A DNA stretch of 64,000 nucleotides from Eledone cirrhosa (lineage: Eukaryota), in the NCBI GenBank assembly GCA_964016885.1, contig CAXHJY010001284.1, forward strand, positions 62,001 to 126,000, in the 5' to 3' direction. Both the position numbers and the translations under genes were made by a program. Of the stretch, positions 1 to 11,132 are shown piece by piece. Position 1 is the stretch's first letter; every line of letters begins with the position of its first letter. The notes under the pieces were generated by a model. The model was not told the DNA's origin and did no database searches. It saw only the letters and a program-made list of their open reading frames with translations.

Positions 1-791
1 CTCTGTCCAATTAGCAGCAATCAGTAAACAACACCACCATCACCACCACCGACAACACCAACAATATCAACATCAACACCACCACCACCACCACCACCAC
101 CAAATTGAAAATTGCGGTAGGCAAAACCCAACCTAACAATACCAAAGTAACGAAAGAACTATCAGGTTAAAATGCAGACCTGAGCAAATCAAACGATATA
201 CGTCTGAGGTGTTTCCATGAATCCGAAATCATTTATCCAACTTACGTAACACGCAAGCTCGTGGTATTCCATGATTCATTTCATCAACAGGGATTCCGTT
301 CTGCCCCGAACTGGTGTGAACAAACTTAATGCGGCCGCTACTGAGGGCAGCCTTCGAACACTTCGTTGTCACGTGTTATTTCCAACAAGGGAAGCATGTG
401 CCAAAACCCCAGAACAAGACATTCATCAGCATGGCATACAATTCCATCAGTTACATTAGTGTACTGAAGTCCTACATGTTTAAAAGTATACACACCTAAG
501 CTACTAAGCTGAAAATCTATTTTACTTTTATGATAACTATGCAGCCCCTATTTACGACGTTCTGTGTTCAAATTCCATACAACATCTCCCATGAAAATTT
601 ATGGCAAAGTTATTGGGGAAGGCTCAGTAGTTATCTAGGTACCGCTGACCTCTGAAAAACTTAATAATAGGTACAGGGTAAGTACTGCAGTAAGAAATGG
701 GTTTTCAATCATCGACTAATCACATTCTCCCTCTCTCTCTATATATATATAAGTGGGCGTGTGTATACGTGTGTGTGTATTTTTATGTATG

Positions 792-858
<67 letters not shown>

Positions 859-859
<1 letters not shown>

Positions 860-1043
860 TTTATCTCGGGTTCAATGGGGGGTAACCACAGTAAGTAATG
901 TACTCAATACAAAGCAGAGTATAAATATTTAATGTAGAAAGGCTTCTACAGGACTAGAACTGTTTCATTTGGGAGAAATCATCAGGGCTTCCTGATGATT
1001 TCTCCCAAATGAAACAGTTCTAGCCCTGTAGAAGCCTCTCTAC

Positions 1044-1047
<4 letters not shown>
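859..1047. mobile_element. Short Penelope-like (pLTR-type) element with head-to-head inverted hammerhead halves, in (TA)n
   Basis: 930-986 and 991-1047 form a near-perfect inverted repeat. 859-985 matches 3667-3793 in reverse complement. Flanked by (TA)n on both sides. Confidence 0.7.
986..1036 (+). ncRNA. Type I hammerhead ribozyme
   Basis: Stem I GGCTTC(986-991)/GAAGCC(1031-1036); core CTGATGA 992-998; weak stem II TTTC-TCCC-AAAT; GAAA 1011-1014; stem III ACAG/CTGT; cleavage triplet GTA ending at 1030. Confidence 0.75.
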
Positions 1048-1104
<57 letters not shown>

Positions 1105-1525
1105 AACTGGAGGCTCGCATACTTAATTTAGTGATCCAAGACAGTTAAATTGGTTATAGTCATTATCTATGCCAAAATGTTGATTACTAACTTTTCTTGG
1201 CTAACGAAATCTCGTATGGTAACACTCATTCTACTATTAAGTTTTCATTCCTCAGGCCTATCTGGCTAGCTATAAATCTAATGAAGAAACGAACATCGTC
1301 ACTGAAAATTTCTTTTTAAAGCGCACAAGGGAGAAAACTCTCTTAAATTCAATCAACCAAAAATTGGTATTCGTTAATAGTTGAAATATTAACGGCATGT
1401 CGTTATAAACTAATATAAATAACGACTTACTGTAAAGATTAAAACTATTGAAGAACACCATCCACCAACTATATTTTTCAACTATATCTTACTGGACGAA
1501 GGAATTTCCTTCATTTTCCATTATA

Positions 1526-2420
1526 CGAGGTGGGTCAGAAAAGTTCCGGGACTGATGTCACAAAAGATTTATTTCAAACCTAAACTTCACACTAAGAGGT
1601 TTCTCCTTCAAAGTAATCCCCCTGGAGTCTAATGCACTTTCCCATCCTTTTCTGCCACGCTTGCATGCACTCCTGGAAGGATTCTTCCGGGATCCTCCGC
1701 AGTTCATCGTCACGACCTTTTTGATGCTGTCCACGTCTTCAAAACGGCTCCCCTCCTGGTCGTACTCGAAGATCCATCACTCATCACCGGTGATGACTGT
1801 CCCTAGCAAGTCTGGTTCGGTTTCAAGACGCTCGAGGATGTCCTGGCACACTTGCAATCGTCGACCCTTCAGGTCATCGTTCAGCAGTTTTGGCACCATC
1901 TTCGAGCAGACTTTCCGCATATCCAAATCTTCAGTGAGAATCTTCCAGATGCTGTCCCGATTCATGTCCAGCTCATTTGCCATCAGTCGAACAATCAGCC
2001 GACGATCGCTACGCACCATCTGCCTGACGGGCTCAACGTTGACCTCAGTCCTGGTTGTTGAAGGCCTTCCGCTCCTGGGGTCATCTTCCACGTCCTCGCG
2101 TCCTTCTTTAAACCTCTTGCACCACTTATAAACACGTGAGCGTGACATCGTCTCATCTCCATACACTTGCTGCAGCAATCCCAGTGCTTCTGACGGAGTT
2201 TTCAAGTTTGTTCGTTGCTCTGTGCTCATTGCTTAACGATCTGAAACAGAAGTCATGTATATAAAATTATGAAGAAAAAAGTTTGATCGCTGCAGAGAGC
2301 TAAGATTATAGTTACATACTCCAGGGGAATTACCTTGAAGGAGAAAACTCTTAGTGTGAAGTTTGGGTTTGAAATAAATCTTTTGTGACATCAGTCCTGG
2401 AACTTTTCTGACACACTTCG
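1526..2420 (-). mobile_element. Internally deleted mariner (Tc1/mariner, irritans-like) transposon
   Basis: About 103-bp inverted repeats 1526-1628 and 2318-2420 (CGAGGTGGGTCAGAAAAGTTCC...), TA on both sides, transposase remnant inside. Confidence 0.93.
1592..2229 (-). pseudogene. Mariner transposase pseudogene
   Basis: HTH region (SRSRVYKWCKRFKEGREDVEDDPRSGRPST), MVPKLL, ITGDE*WIFEYD. It then jumps to the C-terminus (GSRFEDV...WQKRMGKCIRLQGDYFEGE). The 2nd and 3rd catalytic Asp regions are deleted; there is an in-frame stop and a frameshift. Confidence 0.9.
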
Positions 2421-2462
2421 TATATATAATTTTTATAGATATCGGCTCAAACCATATATATA

Positions 2463-2528
<66 letters not shown>

Positions 2529-3149
2529 ATAATAATAAATGTGAGGACTAAATTCCGAAGAGGTTATGAAAAGGATTATATATACATAAACTTTAATCTG
2601 TACTTCTGCATATATATATATATTATATATAGAGTTATAAACTCAAAATAGTCTTTTACAATTAAATAGCTCAAGGAAAGGAATATTTCCGAGCCGTGTA
2701 ATACAAATGAATATATGAGAGGGATGAACACTGATACAAGTATACATGTGTTCGTATTGCAAATGACCAAGTTGGCTAGGTTGAAAAATACTAATTAAAA
2801 TAATACGGTTTGACTGTCTCAATTTAAAATAATAAATCAATAAAAATAACAAACCTATATTGGCAATAGCCGTGATACCCGGACAAATTTTAAATTTGTT
2901 TCGCAACAATTGTGAAAGTTACTATCCCTAAGTGAAAGTTACTATCCCTGAGCTCTTCTGCGGTATCCAGAAATTGGTAAGTTTCATTTCAAAATACTTA
3001 AGAAGACTGAGAGAAATGCGTTGTTGAAGGCACATGTGATACATTAACATACATTAACGATACATCACGATACATTAACGGAGCCATAGACTCTAGCCGT
3101 TCCCTGTAAATAATGTGGTCAAAGGAGAGGAAATCCTGGGCACTTTAGA

Positions 3150-3582
3150 ATACAATATGTTGAAAATATAACACACTAGAGAGAGATACAGTGCGCCATC
3201 AATAAAACAGGGAAAAACCACTAGTGTATGGAATCTATAACCTATGGAAGGCAGAATATAGAGACAATAATTAAAAATATAAATTAAAGCGTAAATAAAT
3301 ACCTCTATAACTATATAACACACGTACAAATCCGAAGTGATCTGTTTCGCCATTAAGTTGTTGAGAGAAGTGAAATAACCCAGGTTCATCAGCGTGTGTT
3401 AGGCCATACATTTCAGACAACACTAAGAGAGTTTTTAAAGCGACCGTCCAACTACACGTGGGAGAGAGAAGTCACAGCGTGTTTAAGGGCAGCGAACCAG
3501 TGGTCTCTGAGGGACGAGCTGCTATTTTATTGATGGCGCACTGTATCTCTCTCTAGTGTGTTACCTTTTCAACATATTGTAT
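3150..3582. mobile_element. Element with 61-bp inverted arms and an internal degenerate hammerhead-like motif
   Basis: 3150-3210 vs 3522-3582 are about 58/61 reverse-complement identical. Minus strand 3339-3392 reads CTGATGA...GGCGAAACAGATC. Confidence 0.55.
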
Positions 3583-3607
3583 ATATATATATAGAGAGAG
3601 AGAGAGA

Positions 3608-3790
3608 TAGAAAGGCTTCTACAGGACTAGAACTGTTTCATTCGGTAGAAATAACCAGAAAGCATCCTGATGATTTCAACCGAATGAAACCGGTCTAGTC
3701 CTGTAGAAGCCTTTCTATATTAAATATTTATACTCTGCTGTCTATTGTGTACCTTACTTACTGTGGCTTCCCCCGATTGAACCCGGGATA

Positions 3791-3793
<3 letters not shown>
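3608..3793. mobile_element. Second copy of the palindromic hammerhead element (opposite orientation to 859-1047)
   Basis: Inverted partial copy 3608-3663, then hammerhead 3662-3710 and an ~85-nt tail ending GAACCCGGGATAAAC followed by (TA)n. Confidence 0.7.
3662..3710 (+). ncRNA. Hammerhead ribozyme (slightly degenerate)
   Basis: GCATC/GAAGC stem I (1 mismatch), CTGATGA 3667-3673, stem II TTC-AACC-GAA, GAAA 3686-3689, GTA triplet 3703-3705. Confidence 0.65.
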
Positions 3794-3833
<40 letters not shown>

Positions 3834-3980
3834 CTAGCAGAATGGCCCGGCGTTGCTCGGGATTTGGTCTAGGGTTCTTATATATTTGATATATATTTAT
3901 CCTTATCAAGCCTCGTGAAATAAATACGTTTGTTTATATTTTGTTATTGTGTATGCAAAAAATATCTGTACACGAATATA

Positions 3981-4062
<82 letters not shown>

Positions 4063-4322
4063 TAACATTAAAGTTTAAGCAAAGAAACGCTGCTTTCACC
4101 CTTAACGGGATCTTCTGAAACTAAAATTTAAAAAATCAATCTGTGAACGCAGAAGTAAATATTTCGAAAAACGTTACAAACTATATATATATACACTATA
4201 TATATACATATATACACACACAAAGCTACGTCATAATGTCGTAATGCAGTCAGCCATGCATACAGACAGATATTATAAGGGCGCAACGTTATATCTATGT
4301 ATCTATCTAAAAACAGAAAGAC

Positions 4323-4361
<39 letters not shown>

Positions 4362-4498
4362 GCTAAATCACCTAATCCGGTCTCTAGGGCATTGAAAATT
4401 TGAAATTGTTTTTACTCAAATCACTCACAGGACCATAAGTATTACATGTGTAAAGTTTGAAAACAATCGGTTGGGTGGTTCTCGAGTTTTAGTTATCG

Positions 4499-4549
<51 letters not shown>

Positions 4550-4580
4550 TGACAGAAATTCTCTGTTTTAGATATATAGA
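3834..4580 (-). mobile_element. Non-autonomous Helitron with internal (CTGT)n (Lep1-like architecture)
   Basis: Minus strand starts A|TCTATAT at 4580, carries (CTGT)n near the 5' end, a subterminal hairpin CCCGAGCAACGCCGGG (3846-3861) and ends CTAG|T at 3834. Confidence 0.8.
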
Positions 4581-4586
4581 TAATGC

Positions 4587-4740
4587 AAATTGGCAGAATC
4601 CTTTAAAAATTTGGGTAGATTACCTTGCGGTATTCGTTAAGGCTCTCTGAGTTCATACTCCGCCGAGGTCAGCTTTACCTTACATCCATTCAGGTCGATA
4701 AAACACGTACCAGTCTAGCACTAGTATTGAATCATCGTCT
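4587..4740 (+). mobile_element. tRNA-derived SINE family 1, degenerate
   Basis: TGGCAGAATC head, B-box-like GAGTTCATACTC, core CTTTACCTTACATCC..GGTCGATAAAA..GTACCAG shared with copies at 28191, 42491, 59480. Confidence 0.7.
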
Positions 4741-5217
4741 ACGTCTCTTGATAACTTTCTTTCATTCTCTATCCTCCTCTGGGAGAAACCTTCTGTAGCC
4801 AGGCCAGGGGAGGAGATGGGCTCCCATAGGTTTTAAATGTCCAGGAACCACCGTATGTGACTAAGGTGCCACTATGCATACACACACGAACACACATTTT
4901 ACATTTTCAGCCAGACGCGTTCGATCACTGCAATTTAAAACAAGACCATCAGATTTTCTAATACACAAATGCCAGCATCAACAGTTTTCCAAGAGTTGTC
5001 GACTTGAATAGACCTGTTTTTTTCTTCTCAAAGAACATGTTTTTGTTTCTACAACTGGCCACTCTCATCTTAGTTCCTAATTCTTCTTTACTTTATCATT
5101 CTATTTTCTGATAAAAGACTAGCGTCCGAAACTTGAAGCCTATTTTGCTATTATATCAAGCATAAAACTAATATATTTATTCATTGTACTATGTCGCATG
5201 CTTTGCAATTTGCATGC

Positions 5218-5263
<46 letters not shown>

Positions 5264-5312
5264 ACATACATATACAAATATATCTATATGTATAAATATA
5301 TAAATATATGAC

Positions 5313-5388
<76 letters not shown>

Positions 5389-6020
5389 TGACTCTCTGAG
5401 TACGCGTGTATCTCTCTTTTCTTACTTTATACCTTTACGTCACTAACGTAATATACCCAACGAAAGCAGAACTAACATTGAATCTCCTATTGCTCCATTT
5501 TTAGATCTAAGTCAAACCTTATGATAATGTATAGTATCAATATCTAATCTGAAAGAGATTAACATCAGTGAAAGTTAATACACGACCAACCAGACTTTCA
5601 CAAGCTATTCTAACTAACAGTTATTATCAACTATGTTCCTATGCAAACATTTAAGTCCAGAAAGATCAAACGACAAACCTCCACCCACGTGCGTTAGCAA
5701 CATTAAAGATATTTGGGCATGAGATTTTATCAGATCTAATGATAAAAATATGGGTCCTGAATTATTTTGTAGAGTCTTGGATGAGAGCAGAAGTGTTTCA
5801 AAATCGTTGAGAACCGCAATTTGGCAATCTAATTTCTCAAGTAAATACGGAGAAGAATGGCCTTCACAGTGCCCCTACCTCCCTCAATAAGGACGGATGT
5901 GGCATTCAACTTGTATGTTGTTTGTTAGTTAGTCTTTTAACACTACTGAATGAAGCTTGTCCGTATAGTTAAGAAGTTCGCCTAGCAATGATTGGGGCCG
6001 AGGTACGCCATAGGCAAGTG

Positions 6021-6252
6021 CCTTATACAATAATCTCAGTTTTACTCCAGCTGACTACTTAAAATGGAGGTTTGTCCTTATATAATAATCTCGGTTTTAC
6101 CGAAGCTATGTACTTAAAATGGAGGTTTGTCATTATACAATAATCTCGGTTTTACCCAAACTGTGTACTTAAAATGGAGGTTTGTCCTTATACAATAATC
6201 TCAGTTTTACCCAAGCTATGTGGTTAAAATGAATGTTTGTCATTATACAATA
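6021..6252 (+). repeat. 55-bp tandem repeat, ~4.2 copies
   Basis: Unit CCTTATACAATAATCTCRGTTTTACCCAAGCTRTGTACTTAAAATGGAGGTTTGT at 6021, 6076, 6131, 6186. Confidence 0.9.
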
Positions 6253-6854
6253 CGCAGTCGACCGTTGGACATAATGTGTTGTCTTGTCACACGCTATGAC
6301 AGGCAGATGTTCTTCTGTGCACTACATTAAGGGTACACATATCTTTGAAATACTCAAGCTACTTACATGTTAATTCAATATTCATTGTCAAAATTGGCAG
6401 AGACACACTTACTATCGTACCATTGGTGTGCTTATTAGAAAACATTTTCTGGAGTTGTTAACTATTGCTTTCTCTGTGTGATTAACAAACTGCCTGGTTT
6501 AACACCATCATCTGGTACTTGGGTACAGAAAAAGAGATTAAGTTTTAGAATGCAGAGAGCCGGAAGAAAGTCCACATAACGTTTTTCAGCGAGTTCTTCC
6601 CAGTCGGCATCTGAAGTAATTTAAGTACTGGTGTATTCTATCCAGGTTCAATTACCTGTAATTATAGTGTTTAGGCGTAATATCACATTTTGGTTTACTG
6701 GAAGCTGCTCTTGTTTCCTATATAATTGCTTCAGCATTGTATAACTGTTCGTAAAATTAACGTGTAAGTGGATGAGAATTCCACAAACACGTGCAACCTT
6801 AACGTAGTTCTAAGGGAGATGACAATAGTTTCCTCATTGACTTACCGGTACAAC

Positions 6855-6980
6855 TCATTCTTCCCAGCTGAGTGGACTGGAACAACGATAAATAAAGTGT
6901 TTTGCTCAAGGACACATGATCTGGGAACCAAGCTCATAACTTTACCATCGTGAGTCCAACACTCTAAACATTAGGCCACG
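6855..6980 (-). mobile_element. tRNA-derived SINE family 2
   Basis: Minus strand CGTGGCCTAATGTTTAG (A box) ... GTGTCCTTGAGCAAAACACTTTATT; related to 60715-60790. Confidence 0.65.
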
Positions 6981-7017
6981 TAATTTGTGCATCTTCTGGT
7001 GTATGTATGCATGTATG

Positions 7018-10000
7018 TTCTTCTGGTTTTATAATTTCACAAAGTTTTACGAATAGAGAGAGAGTCGGTTTCTAACATAGACACAAGACTCTCTCATTGG
7101 AATTTACACATCAACTAGGTAGATATGTATGTATGCATGCAAGAGTAAATATGGATGTTATTGTATGTGTGGATGTGGATGTTTTGAGTTGTATGTGTGC
7201 ATGTGTATATGCTTTGTATCTGTACATGTGTATATGCAGTTATTAGATGCAATATTTTTGGAATGTTTTACATATTTTTACTGTTCCATTAATGGATTGT
7301 ACTTGTAATTTCCTAACTAGTTGTGTCCTTTCTGTTCCTGTGAAGCCTAGCTTCTCAAGATTTGTATTGAGACAGTTACTAACATATCCCAGTGCCCCAA
7401 TAATACAGGCATAAATCTGAAGGTGTAATCAGGGTGGAATATCTGCAGATTTCTCATCAGTTCTGCATAAATATTCTCCTTTTCACTAATCTTTGATATT
7501 ATATTGGCATCTGCTGGGCAGCTAATTTCTAGTACTGTGCATGTTTTCTTCTCCCTGTGCCATATCATAATATCTGGTCTGTTATGCCTGCATTTTACTG
7601 GGGTTTTTACTGGAACATTCCACCAGTACTCTTTCATATTATGTACATGGATGTCTTCCACATTGTTGTAGCTTTTAATGTGTTTATTATCGGGGCTATA
7701 TTTTTTACGAACTGCATTGTACAGTGTTTTGGCCACTACATCATGCCTCATAGGTAGATAGTACCGCAATGACATCTTTGGACAGCTGCTGATGATATGG
7801 GTGATATCCTCGATGTTAGTTCTGCAGAGTCTGCACTTGTTATCACATCTAGGTGTTTTGCCTGCATCCGTATCTCTTTTGTGAATCAGGTATTTCGTGC
7901 TAATCTCCTGTTCCTGGATTGCAAAAGCGTATCCTTCAAAGTGGGAGCCAATGTAGCGGTTGTTGGTCCAAGATAGACTACTTTCCTTATCTATATTACT
8001 CTCACTCTTGAGCTTCCTGGCAACATATACATGCATGATTTTTTGCTGATAGGCATGCAGTTTTTCATCCATGGATTCACTGCGATACTGCTGAGCGACA
8101 TCCCTGTGAGTTTTTGATTATCACACAGGGAATATCTCTCAAGGAGTTCCTTCTCAACTCTCATGATCTTATTTGTTTCATGCAGATAGACTTGCTCGAG
8201 AAACGGGCTCCTACGCTTCGGGGTTCGTAGATGTTGTCGGAGAGATATGATGCGTCATTCAAATGTTGTCTAGACTGATGTTAGGCCTCTGCCTCCCTGC
8301 TTACGTTTCAAGTAAAGGCGGTCTATGTCACTGTTGATGTGGAAGTTTCCGGTGTTGTTCAGTATTTTTCGAGTTCCAACATCAACTGCTCGGATTCCTC
8401 TATCGTCCAATTGAGTATTCCAAACGTTGGTGTTAGGACAGGCATAGCAAACACATTGTGAGCCATTGTTTTGTTTTGCACAGAGAATTCCGATAACCAG
8501 ATCTTTCTTAATCGGGTGTAGTATTCCCTGATTACGCGTTCTTTATTACAGATACCATTATAGGATATGTTCTCATCTATCCTCAGGTATCTGTAGCAGT
8601 CCTCATCAGATATTGATGAAACAGTTAGGCCATTGATGACAATGTTGCTAGATTGGGTTGTTGTTTTTCCTCGTTTTACAGTCATCTATGGGCATTTATC
8701 TTGGCCAAACTCCATTCCTATATCCTTTGAGAACGTTGTAACCAGGTCAACATTTTTCTTCATCCCATCCAATATTCTTGGCATAGAGTTTCAAATCGTC
8801 CACAAAGAAATTATGGGTTAGGTTCGTATTTCTGTCCTCCTGTGAGCCAATGATGTATCCCACACATTTCTTGAGCAGAAAGGACAAGGGGTTTAATGAC
8901 AAGATGAACAATACCACAGAGAGACTGTCCCCCTGAAATATACCCCTGCAATATTTTATTTTATCAGTGAAAATAGATTCCTCCCTCTCTGTCTTTAACC
9001 TTAGGATAGTAACCCAAGAAGAAGACAGCCTCTCTATGGCTCTGACAATAATGTCTGGGACTTTAGCAAGTTGGAGGGCCTCTATCATCCAAGAGTGGGG
9101 AACAGAATCGAAAGCTTTCCTGTAGTCCAGCCAGACTGTAGCCATATTCCTCCTAAGTTGTCGCACCTCATGACATCGCTGTTTTGTTGATTAGGATTTG
9201 TTCAGCACATCCCCAAACCCCTTTCTTTCCAGCTGCTTGTTCATCTGTGATTATGTATTATTTTCACAGTGATCCTGGAGGAATAGGTTCAGGCTGGCTG
9301 TATACATCTCATACATCAGGTTCTGGCATGCAATGGGTCGGTAATGTTTTGCCAAGTGGGTGTCTTTGTTCTTGGGGACCAGTAACGCTTGTGCTAATGT
9401 CAACCATTCTGGTATAAGTGTATCTCCCTTAAGAACTTGTTGGTAGAGGTTAGTAAGATACCTCCGATAGAATATTAGTTTTTTGTACCAGTAGCCGACA
9501 ATCCTGTCTCTTCCTGGTGTTTTCTTATCTTGGAGTTTTCCTATCACAGTCTCAAGGGTACCCTCACTTATTTCGTATGTTTTTGTTGTAGTGTAGGAGC
9601 AATAGTTCTTTCGGATTTCTCTTAGCCATACTGCATCTTGGTTGAAATTCTTCTTTTCACCCCATATTTTTCTCCAAAAGGAATCTATGTCTTTTTGGGA
9701 TGGGGCCTCAGTGACACTTACTATTTTGCCCTTCATATCTCTATAGACTGATGTTTGGTTTCGTCTGAATCTTTTATTAAGCATTTTTCTCTCATCTACC
9801 TTCTTCAGGTATCGGCGTTTTTCGCTAACAGCTCTCAATTCTTGTTTGAGGGTGATCAGCTTATATTGGAGAGTTCTGGTTCTACTGTTACCAAACATCG
9901 TCTCTATTTTATTTTTCACTCTTTGATGGTGAGGAGTGAAGTTTTTTTGTTTTTGTTTGCATGTAAGGAACATTGTCACATGTCCTATGTTTTTTCGTAG

Positions 10001-11132
10001 GTCAGCAATCTTTTTTTCTATTTTAGTTATACATGATGGTATTTTTGGTGGTGTTTTGTTCTTGTTAATATCTCTGCTATCACCAAGATAATGCTTCACT
10101 GTCATTACTAAGGCATATAAACAGGCGTTGATTTGCCAAAATGTTGGGGGTTTTATCCGTCGTAAATATTCATCCCCTATTTCGTCAATAACACGTAGTA
10201 TTTCATTATTTGGTTTTTTATTCACCATTGTCATTTTAACACGTTCAGCCAGAGAGATATTTATACATGAGTTAATTTCTCTCTGGAAGATTTCGTTGAG
10301 GGAAATTTTCAATTGTTTATACTTTTGATTATCATTATCGATAGTATTTTCTACAACAGTCGAGGTAGACTCGGATGGTACACGTGGTGTCACATTTATT
10401 CGATTATTATTATTATTTCTTCGATTATTATTATTATCGATAGTGTTTCCCCAGGATTCGAGGTAGACTTAGATGGTACAGGTGGTGTCAAGTTTCTTAC
10501 AAGCATAGTTGTTTCAAGGCGCTGTTCGACCTGGCTGCTAGGAAGTCTATTAGCATAGCGACCTGTAGCACGTGTTGTTTATCCCATGTTTGTTGTGGGG
10601 GACTTACAATTAATAATGTTTATCTTATTTTTACGTTCAACAAACGTCGCTTGTTGGCGTAATTGTTTCGCTGTGAAATAATTTAGCTCTGGGTGCATTT
10701 CGTCCCAGTGTAGCTTCATTCTATTCATATAGCCAATGCAGGGATTGTTTTTTGCCATTTTATAACAATTAAATAAATCATTATTAAGTTCGCAACTCCA
10801 AGAGAAATGCGATTTATAATTTCGGTTTCTTCTGTAGTTACAACTGAATAAAGTTTGATTACTTTCATTGTTATTTGTCTTCGATACTTCCTTAATTTTG
10901 TTGTTGATGTTGTGTTCAGCCATGCTGTTTGTAGCAAATCCTTGTAAAATGAATTATGTATTTAGTCGGATATCTCTACGAATTCGAATAAAAGGGGACT
11001 TCAGTGGATATAGTTAGAAGAATAACCAGTTATTCAACCTGGCTGTAGTTGTGACATTACTGTCGGAGATAGTATTCATCTTAAATTTAATAAATAATCT
11101 CCCACGCCAAAATATGCGACTGATCGCGTTGA
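7018..11132 (-). mobile_element. R4/Dong-clade non-LTR retrotransposon (RT + CCHC + restriction-like endonuclease), full-length but frameshifted
   Basis: Colinear ORF pieces 10579-10923, 9251-10393, 8747-9166, 8359-8685, 7347-8072; (GTAT)n on both flanks. Confidence 0.88.
7347..10923 (-). pseudogene. R4-clade polyprotein pseudogene
   Basis: N-terminal SW...GYMNRMKLHW...TAKQLRQQA domain. RT motifs TPGRD, YRPIAC, WLDYRKAFDSVPH, GIFQGDSLS, FVDDLK. CRLC-x8-HIISSC knuckle, RHD, and HNRPDI...LEISCP endonuclease. Confidence 0.88.

Noticed and set aside
5108-5136. CTGATAA-AAGAC TAGC GTCC-GAAAC hammerhead-like string
   Set aside because: Core G is mutated and stems I and III cannot be formed; at most a decayed remnant.
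10980-11132. HDV-like or twister ribozyme at the R4 5' end
   Set aside because: Expected by analogy with R2/R4 elements, but I could not fold the required pseudoknot by eye; needs a covariance-model search.
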